From: a virus | DNA: 64,000 bases | IMG/VR virus record: IMGVR_UViG_3300030099_007533 | Span: 1 to 64,000 of that record | Direction: 5' to 3' (one strand) | Shown here: positions 16,215 to 25,714 of the stretch, piece after piece | How positions within the stretch are numbered: the first letter of the stretch is position 1 | Layout of the letters: every line of letters starts with the position of its first letter | Position numbers and translations under genes: made by a program | The notes under the pieces: generated by a model | Databases searched by the model: none | What the model saw: only the letters and a program-made list of their open reading frames with translations | Told to the model about the DNA's origin: nothing

Positions 16215-19175
16215 TTAATCCTCAAAAGATGCACCCGTATTACTAATAATGAAATCAACTGCTACAAATTCAATTGCTCTTGTTGGCTTCAAGTAAACCT
16301 TTGCATATAGAATGTTTCTATCGATAAGGTCTGGTGTTGTGGTTGTCTCATCAAGCACCAACTTAAATTCATCTAAGCCAAATCTTGCTTGTACATCCGA
16401 AAGGAAAGGGTTGGCTTGCCCGATGAATCTTGCCCATGTGGCACGAACATTTGGTTCAAACAATATACCTGAAGCAATATTTGAAATTCCCTTCTTGATA
16501 AAGATTAATAATCTACGAACATTAATTCTATCCAAAGCGCTTCTTGTAACCTGTAGTGTTTTCTGACCAAAGATCACGATTCCTTCATTTGGGAATGAGG
16601 CGATTGGGTTGATGTTGGCGTCATAAAGAAGGTCTCTATCTTGCGATGTAAGCTTCTGTGTTACGTTAACAACTGGAAGACCAGTTATGCCGCTTGAAAG
16701 ACCGCCACGGTTAAATCCTGCTGGGGCAAACCATGGTGCTCTAACCCTATCTGTGTATGACATCGCGCCAATCGCGACAACAGATGAGGGCATAAAGACA
16801 AGTTTCCCCTGTAACGTGTCCCTGATCTGAACAAAGGGGTAGTAAGCACAGCCATAACTTGAATTAATCTGACGATTCTTTAAGTTGGTGATTGTTGTGC
16901 TTAAGTTGGGGTATACCTTACCGTTAGCATCTTCGTGTGAAGGTTGAAAGTCGCCCTTCAAATCAATAACCGCTAATGCGTCTGCTCTTGCTTCGGCTGT
17001 GTTGATCAAGTGGGTTGTTAATTCTTCATTTGTGATACCGGGGACCGAAACCAAATTATAAGGTACAAACTCTGGGTCTCTGACAATATCAATCGATTCC
17101 TTTACAGAGTTGTAAGCATAATTTGTTGTCTCTGTCTTGCCAGATAACAAGCTGTTTCTGAATGGGTCTCTTTCTGTAATATCAAGACCATCAGACCCAC
17201 CGTACATAGGCATAGTAAAGCGGTCTGCTCCCTGATCAATAACATTTTTGTATGTGTGACCAGCTTGAGCAGAAATAGCGTTGCCTGCAACTCTTGAGCC
17301 TGATGTCCAAGTAAGAGCAGTAGAGGTGCTTCCTGTTGTAATCTCATCAAGAGTAAATACAAATTGTGGCTCAGAGTAAGTTGTGTCTCCCAACAAGTTG
17401 CTAACTGAGTCTGACCTGTTTCTATTTAAATCTGCGTAATCACGATTAAATTTGTTGCTGGCTTTTGTAATGCCAGTCCAAACACCCCAGAATGCGTCTG
17501 TTTGATCGGATAAACCATCTTGACTACCAGAGGTTCTTAGTTCGTGTGATGGGAAAAGGAACTTAAGTTCTGGACCTTCCATGACATGACCCATGTTAGA
17601 ACCGGTAACAATTAACATGTCTCCTTCGTTTTTATGACCGATGGTGTCATCTAAAATATTTTTTGCGCCAAGTGCAAAAATTCCTGATCCAAATCCTAAC
17701 TGCGTTAAGTTTGTTGCTTGATTAATCTCAAAGTCCTTGTATTTGAGTGGACCATAAAAGCCAAATGGTAGAAGCTGCGAATCGTAGTCATCAGCTTCCA
17801 TTTCAATTCTAATGTACTTAGAGTTGTTTGGGTACTCTCCTCTGGTTTCCAATCTTCTTGTTGTTGAATCAAATTGCACAAATTGGTCACCAATTTTTCT
17901 TGCAACATAGTCTAAAGAATTTGCATCCAAATTACAATTACTAAATGTTTCAATGATGATTGGAGCAGCATCGGTATCGTTCGCTCGGCGGACCAATACA
18001 TCAAAAGTTCCAAATTGATTGAACTGATCTTCTGAATAATTAATATTTGAAATTGAAATTTTAATATTGTTTTGCGCCCACTCTGCATGGTCAAGAGCGT
18101 GGATTCTAAACAAGTTTTTCATGTTTGCATAAGCATATGAATCCTTTGCGGCGGCTCCACCCAAATCTTGACCAAAGACAAGTCCAGTCGCTGGGTTATT
18201 TCTTGTTGCGCCATTCTCAAAAGCGATCTGTCTATCGCTGTGTCGATCTCCTGAGCCAGTTGCCAGCGGCAAAATAACACCCAAGTAGGTTCCAGTTGTA
18301 CCAGATGCTTTTCCACCCGAGCCTTTAACAATGTTTCTATCAACTTTTTGTAAAAATTCTCTCGCGTATGTCTCGCCAAGCCAGTACCGTTCTCTTTGTC
18401 CTGTTTTGGTAATTGTCTTATTTACTAAGGCTGGATTGGTATTAAATACATTTCTGAGGTAATCTTTGTTATTCTCAGCCAGTGAAAAACTAACAACAGG
18501 ACTTTTATCATATCCTGTAGACCCTGTAATTACAACCGTGAAATTGTCACCATCAGATTCAATTAAGCGGGCAGAACCACTACCTGCGTTGGTTGCCTTA
18601 ATCGTATTACCATCGGTGTCTTTGCCAACCAATGCCGCAACGCCATCTTCAACATACCAAGTTGCTACTAAAGAACCAGTACCGTGCTGACTTGTAGTTC
18701 CACTCATTGCATTTGGGAAAACAAACAATCCATAAGCGGATCCTGTGGTGTTGCCATGGGACGTATTAAACACCGGGGTTGGCTTCATGCTAGTACCAAA
18801 TGGAGAATCACCACTAAGCTTCCAACCAGCCTTTCCAGAAGTTTCAGCACCGACGTTTTCTGAACCTAAAAGACGAACATAAGTACAAGTTGAGGAGTTC
18901 CTTAACCAAGATTGGGCAGCGTAAGCGCCATAAGTTGGAGTTTGCTCGTTGCCATTTCTCCAAACATCACCTGACTTACCACCGGGGATTGGCTCACCAT
19001 AAAGCTGAACAAACTCAGCGAATGAGTCAACAGTAACTGGTCTCATTGCTGGACCGTATTTTGCCCTACCAATAAAAAGCGGACCAATCTCTCTTGGTTC
19101 GTTTGGTAATTGTGAATTGTCAATTTCGTTTAGAAAAACACCGGGTGAAATAAACTTAAATTTTCTCGCACTCAT
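16215..19175 (-). CDS. Contractile tail sheath protein (gp18-like) with large insertions
   Basis: FISPGVFLNEID, WFAPAGFNRG, LYDANINPI, GQKTLQ..SALDRINVRRLL and KPTRAIEF motifs; 986 aa. Confidence 0.95.
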   Translation of the reverse strand: MSARKFKFISPGVFLNEIDNSQLPNEPREIGPLFIGRAKYGPAMRPVTVDSFAEFVQLYGEPIPGGKSGDVWRNGNEQTPTYGAYAAQSWLRNSSTCTYVRLLGSENVGAETSGKAGWKLSGDSPFGTSMKPTPVFNTSHGNTTGSAYGLFVFPNAMSGTTSQHGTGSLVATWYVEDGVAALVGKDTDGNTIKATNAGSGSARLIESDGDNFTVVITGSTGYDKSPVVSFSLAENNKDYLRNVFNTNPALVNKTITKTGQRERYWLGETYAREFLQKVDRNIVKGSGGKASGTTGTYLGVILPLATGSGDRHSDRQIAFENGATRNNPATGLVFGQDLGGAAAKDSYAYANMKNLFRIHALDHAEWAQNNIKISISNINYSEDQFNQFGTFDVLVRRANDTDAAPIIIETFSNCNLDANSLDYVARKIGDQFVQFDSTTRRLETRGEYPNNSKYIRIEMEADDYDSQLLPFGFYGPLKYKDFEINQATNLTQLGFGSGIFALGAKNILDDTIGHKNEGDMLIVTGSNMGHVMEGPELKFLFPSHELRTSGSQDGLSDQTDAFWGVWTGITKASNKFNRDYADLNRNRSDSVSNLLGDTTYSEPQFVFTLDEITTGSTSTALTWTSGSRVAGNAISAQAGHTYKNVIDQGADRFTMPMYGGSDGLDITERDPFRNSLLSGKTETTNYAYNSVKESIDIVRDPEFVPYNLVSVPGITNEELTTHLINTAEARADALAVIDLKGDFQPSHEDANGKVYPNLSTTITNLKNRQINSSYGCAYYPFVQIRDTLQGKLVFMPSSVVAIGAMSYTDRVRAPWFAPAGFNRGGLSSGITGLPVVNVTQKLTSQDRDLLYDANINPIASFPNEGIVIFGQKTLQVTRSALDRINVRRLLIFIKKGISNIASGILFEPNVRATWARFIGQANPFLSDVQARFGLDEFKLVLDETTTTPDLIDRNILYAKVYLKPTRAIEFVAVDFIISNTGASFED

Positions 19176-19200
19176 AAATCGTCTCCCAAATATGCTACAG

Positions 19201-19208
19201 TAAATAGT
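19201..19208 (-). promoter_or_regulatory. ACTATTTA motif upstream of the sheath gene
   Basis: Exact motif 25 nt upstream of the ATG at 19175. Confidence 0.6.
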
Positions 19209-19226
19209 TTTGAATTAGCCTAAAAA

Positions 19227-20195
19227 CTACGGTCTGTATCCATCATCTGAGAAATCGTTAATATCGCCAAGCATGACATGTTCTCTTGGGAAGCGCACTT
19301 CAACAAAATTTTCTTTTCTTGCAACCTGTGGTCCTTTTTGATTTGGACCGCCGCCCATGATGTAACCAATAACGCGAACTTGAATTTTTGATTCATAAAC
19401 TTTTTCGTTATTAGCAAGATTGCCTATATTGTTGGCAATACCAAAATCAGTTTGTAAGAATGCCTCATAACTGTGTCCGCTATCACTAATCATAAACTGA
19501 TTTATGTTGTTGTTAAAAGCAGCGAATGGCTGAAGCATGTCATTTATCTGTTGTTGATATTCTGCTCTTAAATTTATTGTATAGTTTAAATCATGATAGA
19601 TGGGGAGCGGAACTGTTGCCATTTCATATACAACCTTTTTGTTTTCAAATTTAAAATTATTTTGCTTATACAATCTTAAACTTGTAGCATTTGCAAAGTT
19701 TTTTGTTTTTGATTGTTTTATCTTTTTTGCGATTGTTAATGTAGTCCCATCACTCCCTGCAAACAATCTCGCTGGTATTGGGCAATCATTAACAGCGGTT
19801 TGTTTAATTGATGTCCTCTCCACCGAAATCATGGGGAATTTAAGTGATTCTGTTCCCAATTCCCGCATTTCTCTATCATCTTTAATCTGAAAAGCTCTTT
19901 CCTGTGTTAGCCAAATTATTGGAACTTTGCGCCAGCCATCGTTTCTTGTGGCAAAAATATCAATTGTTTCGTCCAACCAACCGTATAAAGCCATATCAAT
20001 AGTTTCAAAAGATGATGGAATAAGTGTATCATATTGTACTGAATAAGCCGACTTAAAAAGATCGTCAGCATTTTTGCAAGGATAAAAATGTCCATTCTCA
20101 GTATGGGTGCCTACACAATCAAGATCTTCAGCTTTCTTTAAAGCGTCTCTATAGTTGTTAAATTTATAGTTTTCTTCGATATACTTTGGTAGCAT
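19227..20195 (-). CDS. Tail terminator / sheath stabiliser (gp15-like) with an N-terminal Cys/His mini-domain
   Basis: Lies between neck and sheath; KVPIIW...ER, FPMISVER and DLNYTINL motifs; N-terminal A..LDCVGTH....YPC. Confidence 0.65.
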   Translation of the reverse strand: MLPKYIEENYKFNNYRDALKKAEDLDCVGTHTENGHFYPCKNADDLFKSAYSVQYDTLIPSSFETIDMALYGWLDETIDIFATRNDGWRKVPIIWLTQERAFQIKDDREMRELGTESLKFPMISVERTSIKQTAVNDCPIPARLFAGSDGTTLTIAKKIKQSKTKNFANATSLRLYKQNNFKFENKKVVYEMATVPLPIYHDLNYTINLRAEYQQQINDMLQPFAAFNNNINQFMISDSGHSYEAFLQTDFGIANNIGNLANNEKVYESKIQVRVIGYIMGGGPNQKGPQVARKENFVEVRFPREHVMLGDINDFSDDGYRP

Positions 20196-20204
20196 TTATT
20201 GTTC

Positions 20205-20690
20205 CTATGGGTTAAATTTTCCTTCTCTTGCCAAAATGCAAGTTGCGCTAATTTCAAAGCTTTTATCAGTCTGATCAAAAAGCAATTTTGGCTCGCTGAG
20301 TTCTACAATTTCGTAATCAAAATCCCCATAACGAACAAAATCTCCTACGCGGACATATAAATTCTGATCTTCCGTCAGGCGCCTTTTCTGAAAATCAACT
20401 ACAATTTGCGGTCTTCTATCAATGCCATATTTTGTAAACTCTGTTTTAGTTCCTTTCCAGCTTACACGACTATAAACTCTAATTGGTGGCAAGTAGGTCT
20501 TTTCTATTGATTCGCCGTATAACGGATGATAATTGGAATGCTGTCTGGAAATTGGAAAGTAAAGAATTTGTTGTCCCACAACTCTCTCAATAACTTCGTC
20601 ATTAATCTGTTTAACAAAATCAGCTTCCTTTTGCCCCGTAAAAAGCGGTGGCGGCGGTGCATCAGGTCTTGTCCATTTATCATCTGCCAT
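20205..20690 (-). CDS. Neck / head-closure protein (gp14-like)
   Basis: VGQQILYF, HPLYGES and VRVGDFVRY motifs; follows the gp13-like gene. Confidence 0.7.
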   Translation of the reverse strand: MADDKWTRPDAPPPPLFTGQKEADFVKQINDEVIERVVGQQILYFPISRQHSNYHPLYGESIEKTYLPPIRVYSRVSWKGTKTEFTKYGIDRRPQIVVDFQKRRLTEDQNLYVRVGDFVRYGDFDYEIVELSEPKLLFDQTDKSFEISATCILAREGKFNP

Positions 20691-20696
20691 TCTTTA

Positions 20697-21983
20697 TTAT
20701 CCTACAAATAATGGAACTGGAACTTTGCTTAATGTGTCCGCAGTTGTTTTAGTCATATTGGCGTCTTTTGTTAATAACTTCTCATAAGTTAACTCGTCCA
20801 ATACTGTCTTGAGTTCTGTTCTTAAATCGCCCATCTCTTTTGTTGCCTCTGATAAAAGAGAGGTTGCATTAAGTGAAACATTGCCGCCTGGAAGTGGAAC
20901 AACATTACCCAGCTTTCCTCTGATTTGTCCAAGCATTTCTTTGCAAAGTGCCAAAGCAAATCTGCGAATCCACTGCTTGCCAATTGAGTTAATTGATGAA
21001 TACGGGATGTTTTGAAATGGTAAATTGTTCATATTATTAACACCCTTTGTTCCTGACTGTCGATCTGGATATTCTTCAAATGAATCTTTTTTTACAGTGA
21101 ATCTAAAATAGAAACGATCTGGTGAGTGGGTCGATGGTGTTGGATACAATCTTAACTTATTATTGATGATTTCATATGAATAATTTGATGTTCTGGTTCT
21201 AATTGAATCCTCATACATTATTGCCTGAAGCTTATTTTGCCAAGTTGGGACCACCTCAAATTGCGAATCATCTGCGTATTGTCCATACGTTGACATGTTA
21301 CCAATTACGTTTAAGCCTCCGTAATAAGCAAAAAACCTCCACATCGATCTTGGTGTTTTATAATACATATCACGAATAATAATTTTATTGTTACCAACCG
21401 TATCGCCATCGTTCAAAGTTAATTCGCCATTTTCAACAGATGAACTAACAATTTGTTGTAAATCGTAGTCTTGGACACTTGCAGTTGGAGCAAAAGAAGC
21501 CGTATAGTAACTTAAACCACCACCAACTCCAGCTTCCGAAGCGATTCCTTCAGCCACCCTTCTTGTATAATCAAAAGTATATCTTGGAAGCGCCATTTCG
21601 ACGTTAGAGCCGCTTAAAGCATGACCTTCAACAATCTGCCCGTCTTCATCAAAAGAAGCCGTTGTAGCCCCAAGTAGGTTGTTTAATGAGTTTTTTGCTT
21701 GATGAATATTTACTAAGTATGAATATTCTAAAACAGCCTCTTCATAAGCTGCATAAACATTAAACTGAGTTAATTCAATGTCTAAGACATCTCCACCCAA
21801 TTTTTTATAAACAAAACCAACCTGATCTGATGCGCCTGAAGCAAAAGCTTGGTGATCCGGTCCTTGCATGTAAAAACCAAATGGTAGTGGATTACTTGCA
21901 GCATTTACATTATCTGGGGTTCCTGTAATTGGCAAAATTACTTTGCTTGAATTACTTGATGGTGTTAAAACTGGTACAGACAT
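20697..21983 (-). CDS. Neck / head-tail adaptor (gp13-like)
   Basis: LGGDVLDIEL and QWIRRFALALCKEMLGQIRGK...PLPGGNVSLN motifs. Confidence 0.8.
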   Translation of the reverse strand: MSVPVLTPSSNSSKVILPITGTPDNVNAASNPLPFGFYMQGPDHQAFASGASDQVGFVYKKLGGDVLDIELTQFNVYAAYEEAVLEYSYLVNIHQAKNSLNNLLGATTASFDEDGQIVEGHALSGSNVEMALPRYTFDYTRRVAEGIASEAGVGGGLSYYTASFAPTASVQDYDLQQIVSSSVENGELTLNDGDTVGNNKIIIRDMYYKTPRSMWRFFAYYGGLNVIGNMSTYGQYADDSQFEVVPTWQNKLQAIMYEDSIRTRTSNYSYEIINNKLRLYPTPSTHSPDRFYFRFTVKKDSFEEYPDRQSGTKGVNNMNNLPFQNIPYSSINSIGKQWIRRFALALCKEMLGQIRGKLGNVVPLPGGNVSLNATSLLSEATKEMGDLRTELKTVLDELTYEKLLTKDANMTKTTADTLSKVPVPLFVG

Positions 21984-22003
21984 TCATATATTCTCCTACT
22001 ATC

Positions 22004-22011
22004 TAAATAGT
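22004..22011 (-). promoter_or_regulatory. ACTATTTA motif upstream of the neck genes
   Basis: Exact motif 20 nt upstream of the ATG at 21983, just downstream of a terminator. Confidence 0.65.
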
Positions 22012-22016
22012 TTTTG

Positions 22017-22050
22017 AAAAAAGAAACCCTCCGATGAAAACATCGGAGGG
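22017..22050 (-). terminator. Rho-independent terminator
   Basis: 10-bp perfect stem CCCTCCGATG/CATCGGAGGG (22027-22050), followed by TTTCTTTTTT on the minus strand. Confidence 0.85.
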
Positions 22051-22073
22051 CAATTGTTAATTTATTGTTTTAA

Positions 22074-22313
22074 TTACTTTGTTTTTTTAACAACTTTCTT
22101 AACAACTTTTTTAGTTGCTTTGGGCTTGACAGCCTCTTTCTTCACAACTGGTTTTGGAGCAGGCTTTACCTCAACCTTTTTTGGTTCAGGTTTTGGTTGT
22201 GGTGCAGCAGCTTCTTTAACTGACTCTTCGACCTGTCTTGCTTTAACTGCTGGGTGATTGGCGTGCTTTTTCCAAAATTGTGGGTGTGAAATCATTTTTC
22301 TTTTTTTGCCCAT
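22074..22313 (-). CDS. Small Lys/Pro/Ala/Val-rich basic protein (histone H1-tail-like composition)
   Basis: 79 aa ending KPKATKKVVKKVVKKTK; AGGAG SD; has its own upstream motif and terminator. Confidence 0.7.
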   Translation of the reverse strand: MGKKRKMISHPQFWKKHANHPAVKARQVEESVKEAAAPQPKPEPKKVEVKPAPKPVVKKEAVKPKATKKVVKKVVKKTK

Positions 22314-22341
22314 GATAAACTCCTGTTTAATGTTTGTCTAA

Positions 22342-22349
22342 TAAATAGT
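22342..22349 (-). promoter_or_regulatory. ACTATTTA motif upstream of the basic protein gene
   Basis: Exact motif 28 nt upstream of the ATG at 22313, just downstream of the capsid terminator. Confidence 0.65.
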
Positions 22350-22355
22350 GTTGAT

Positions 22356-22388
22356 AAAATAAAACCCCCGGTTCTTGCGAACCGGGGG
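22356..22388 (-). terminator. Rho-independent terminator after the major capsid gene
   Basis: 10-bp stem CCCCCGGTTC/GAACCGGGGG (22365-22388), GCAA tetraloop on the minus strand, then TTTTATTTT. Confidence 0.9.
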
Positions 22389-22420
22389 CTGGATAAATCC
22401 ATTTAATTTATTTAACTACA

Positions 22421-24280
22421 TTAAGCAGTTGCACCACTTGAACCAATCAAGCCATGGCAAATAACCAAGCCGTACATGTCAGGGCGAACCATCTTCTTAG
22501 CGTAGCGAGTCATTACACCCTTGCGTGGTGCAAAGTCCTCAGTACCAAAGATGGTAGGAGTGACCTGTAGTGGGACATATGGAGCGTAAACGTAGCCGCT
22601 CTCTAAGAAGCTGTTGCCCTTGCGACCAACCAACACGATGTTGCGTGGGAAGTAAGGATCGACGTGAACGTCAAACTTCTTGGAGATTGAACCAACGTTT
22701 ACAGCACCGGCTGTGCCATTGGAATCAACGCTGACAGCAGCGCGGAAACCAGCAGTGAACTCAAGAATGCTGGCAACTTCTGGTGAACAAACTACGAAGT
22801 TAGCACCACCGCGAAGTGTCTTTCTGTGAATACGAGCGGAAACGTCATTGATTGTCTCAAGAAGAGTCTCGTACCACTCAGAAACGGTACCTGTGAAGTC
22901 AGGAGCAGCAGAAGCAGCACCAACCTCAGCACCGGTCTCACGGTTCAAGAATTGACCGGGATTGCGTGACCAGTGTAGAGTGCCAGCAGTTGCTCTCTTG
23001 ATGAGGTCGTTTAGGATTTCACGATCGATCTCCAAAGCAACCTGCTCAGAAAGAATGCCAGTTAACTCAACTTCAGCGTCCAAGTTGTGGTAAGCGTTTA
23101 GGTCTTGACCCAACTCTGGTGACCACTTAGCGCGGAGCTTCTTGGTGTTAGCTGTAACAGCGATTGAATCAACCTTGATGTCAATCTCTGGGATTTCAGC
23201 GGAACCATCCTTAAAAACACCTGCGAATGCAGTCATGTCGGACTCTAAGAGCCAGTTAGTAGCACCTACAACGGCACCTTCAGCACTAGCAGCATTGAAA
23301 TTATCAGCAGTGGCGTACTCGTAGTGAGTAGCATCACGGAGTACAGAAGTCTCCAAATCAATTAAGTTTTGATCTGCATTTGACCCGAAGTTTGCCGTTG
23401 TACCAGAAGCGTGTACAACAACAATGTAAACTTCTGAACGAGCAGCATCAGATGAAAGGTAAGATGTTAGTCTTCTTTCCTGACGGGCTGCTTTAGTAGT
23501 ACCTTGAGCCAAAGGTGTACCATTAGCATCGCCTTGAAGGGCGATAGTAATAAGGTCATCCTTGTTAAGCTGTGATAGGTGGTGATCTGTAGTGCTGGCT
23601 TTCATAATAAGAACCGCAGAACCAGATGTAAGATCTGGGTCATACTTAGTAATATCTTGGTTAACCGCAGCCTCAGTAACTTGAACACTTCTCATAACAC
23701 TCTCTGGGTACTGGAAGAACTCTCCACCTTCACCAATTGCACCAGACTGAACAATTGTAAAAGCAGAAGCGATTGCAGATGATGAAACTGGTGATGAGTA
23801 GCCGTTATTCAAGCTGTAGAAAGACTTCTCAGCGTTATTTCCGCTGAGGTCAACACCGCCTGTCAACTGAGCACCAAGAACGCCGCCACCGTAAACGGAA
23901 TCATCAGCATTGCTACCAAGGCGACCGCCGCCTACTTCAGTTGCCTTCTTGAAGTCCAAGAAGAAGATGAGACCTGATGGTAGGCTCATTGGTTGTACAC
24001 TAACAAGATCGTTAGCGAGTAGACCGCCGAATACACGACGGACGATTGGGAATGCGACGGCTGCGAAGCCCTCTACATCACCAGCAGCCATTGTGGAAGC
24101 TTCACGAAGAAGTTCCTTGGCTTGGTTTTCTAAGAGTCGAGACATGTTGTCCCTCATTCTATCATTACCGAGTCCTTCAAGTAGACCTGTTTTTTCCCAT
24201 TTGGAAACTAGGGCAGCGCCTTCCTTGGAGAGATCACGAGCAACGATGTTTTCTGTTAATCTTTCGACTATGTTTGACAT
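22421..24280 (-). CDS. Major capsid protein (T4 gp23-like)
   Basis: KWEKTGLLEGL, VSVQPMSLPSGLIF, KLRAKWSPELGQDL..YH.LDAEVEL, YAPYVPL and GVMTRYAK motifs; 619 aa. Confidence 0.96.
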   Translation of the reverse strand: MSNIVERLTENIVARDLSKEGAALVSKWEKTGLLEGLGNDRMRDNMSRLLENQAKELLREASTMAAGDVEGFAAVAFPIVRRVFGGLLANDLVSVQPMSLPSGLIFFLDFKKATEVGGGRLGSNADDSVYGGGVLGAQLTGGVDLSGNNAEKSFYSLNNGYSSPVSSSAIASAFTIVQSGAIGEGGEFFQYPESVMRSVQVTEAAVNQDITKYDPDLTSGSAVLIMKASTTDHHLSQLNKDDLITIALQGDANGTPLAQGTTKAARQERRLTSYLSSDAARSEVYIVVVHASGTTANFGSNADQNLIDLETSVLRDATHYEYATADNFNAASAEGAVVGATNWLLESDMTAFAGVFKDGSAEIPEIDIKVDSIAVTANTKKLRAKWSPELGQDLNAYHNLDAEVELTGILSEQVALEIDREILNDLIKRATAGTLHWSRNPGQFLNRETGAEVGAASAAPDFTGTVSEWYETLLETINDVSARIHRKTLRGGANFVVCSPEVASILEFTAGFRAAVSVDSNGTAGAVNVGSISKKFDVHVDPYFPRNIVLVGRKGNSFLESGYVYAPYVPLQVTPTIFGTEDFAPRKGVMTRYAKKMVRPDMYGLVICHGLIGSSGATA

Positions 24281-24284
24281 TGTT

Positions 24285-25415
24285 TTAATCCTCCTTATGA
24301 TGTTTAATGCCTGCTAAAATTTGCATACGATTAGCTAAGATGTTACTTTCGTTTACCTTTGGCTTATCGTCGCTTTTTTGTGCTTTTAGCAATAAAGATG
24401 TTGAAGATCGCTTGCCTACTGCCTCACTCAGAGATTCCGGTTGCTTATTCATAATAGCATTGCCCACTGTGCTTTTAAGAGTTTCATAGACAATCTTCGC
24501 TTGCTCAGATGTCTGAGCATTATTAATAGACTCGACAAGGTTACCCTTTTGTCGCTCATTCAGGGAGTCGTCCATTAAAGTTTGGTTTGTGTAGAATAAC
24601 TTGCTGTTCATTAATTTGATTTCCTCAAACTTCTCAGCAATATTCTTCACGGTTTCTTTTAATTTTTGGTTAGACTCTTTTAAGCTTGCGCCGGTCTTAA
24701 CCAAAGTTTCGTTTTTCTTTTCTAATTTAGCGTTTTCTTCTTCGATGGCGAGCATTACGTCCATTAACATAGCTTGCTCTGCCTGCTGTGCTCTTGTTGC
24801 ACCGTAAGCAGTTGTTTGTCCTTCTGGAACTGGCTTGTAATCCATCTTGATTTCTTCTTCAAGTGCTTCTTCTTCCACGGTAGCGGGCATTGGTGCCTCG
24901 CCAGTAGTCCCCTCAGTCTCAGAGGGGCTTAAGTCTGCTGGCATCTCCATCTCTTCTAAGTTTTCCTTCTCCTCTTCAACAACTTCTTTTTCTTCTGTTG
25001 TGGAGTCTTCTGATCCCTCTGTCATAATCTCTTCAACCAACTGATCAATAAGTTCATCTGAAATTTCAACGTCTTCTTCTAATAACTCATCATCAATCTC
25101 TACTTCTTCTTGAAGCTGTTCTTGCTGAACTTCCTCAAATAAAGCTTTAACATCAATGTCTACAAGATCGTTTTGTTCTAAATCGCTAAGTTCGGTGTCC
25201 TCAACAAAAGCGTAACCTTTGCCTTTATCATCTGCCTCAACAATCTGCTCATCAACAGTCTTATTCTCTTCGAAATCGTTTTCTTCCATTAATTGTTCAA
25301 CGGCTTCTTTAATTTCTGTTGAATACTTTTCGACAACCGCCTGTTCTGCACTTTTAATTGCAGCTTCTCTTAAGGCTGTTGCATCGATAATTGCTTGATC
25401 TAACATTGATGACAT
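24285..25415 (-). CDS. Prohead scaffold/core protein (gp22-like)
   Basis: Very Glu-rich coiled-coil protein directly upstream of the capsid gene, with many (L/I/V)xE sites; ends RMQILAGI. Confidence 0.8.
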   Translation of the reverse strand: MSSMLDQAIIDATALREAAIKSAEQAVVEKYSTEIKEAVEQLMEENDFEENKTVDEQIVEADDKGKGYAFVEDTELSDLEQNDLVDIDVKALFEEVQQEQLQEEVEIDDELLEEDVEISDELIDQLVEEIMTEGSEDSTTEEKEVVEEEKENLEEMEMPADLSPSETEGTTGEAPMPATVEEEALEEEIKMDYKPVPEGQTTAYGATRAQQAEQAMLMDVMLAIEEENAKLEKKNETLVKTGASLKESNQKLKETVKNIAEKFEEIKLMNSKLFYTNQTLMDDSLNERQKGNLVESINNAQTSEQAKIVYETLKSTVGNAIMNKQPESLSEAVGKRSSTSLLLKAQKSDDKPKVNESNILANRMQILAGIKHHKED

Positions 25416-25441
25416 AAGTTTACTCCTAAATTACGCTACAA

Positions 25442-25449
25442 TAAATAGT
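25442..25449 (-). promoter_or_regulatory. ACTATTTA motif upstream of scaffold-capsid
   Basis: Exact motif 26 nt upstream of the ATG at 25415. Confidence 0.65.
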
Positions 25450-25469
25450 TGTAAAAAAGGTAAAATGAC

Positions 25470-25703
25470 TTAGGGGCGAATGGGCGTAACTGGAATAGTA
25501 TAACCAGCGTTGATTATCCATTCTTGAAGATTGAATTCTGTCCAAGTGGTTTGTATTGAAATAATAGCATTTGGAGGAGTCGTGTGTCCCCAATCTCCAA
25601 GAACTCTGTATTTGCTAAAGCCTTTCTTTACTGGTGTGCCGTTGCCGCCAGAGTTGGCTTCAGTTACAATGTAATAAGTTATTGGTAATGGTTTTGTGGA
25701 CAT
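25470..25703 (-). CDS. Hypothetical protein
   Basis: 77-aa ORF with AAGGA SD, in operon context. Confidence 0.55.
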   Translation of the reverse strand: MSTKPLPITYYIVTEANSGGNGTPVKKGFSKYRVLGDWGHTTPPNAIISIQTTWTEFNLQEWIINAGYTIPVTPIRP

Positions 25704-25714
25704 TTAATTATTCC

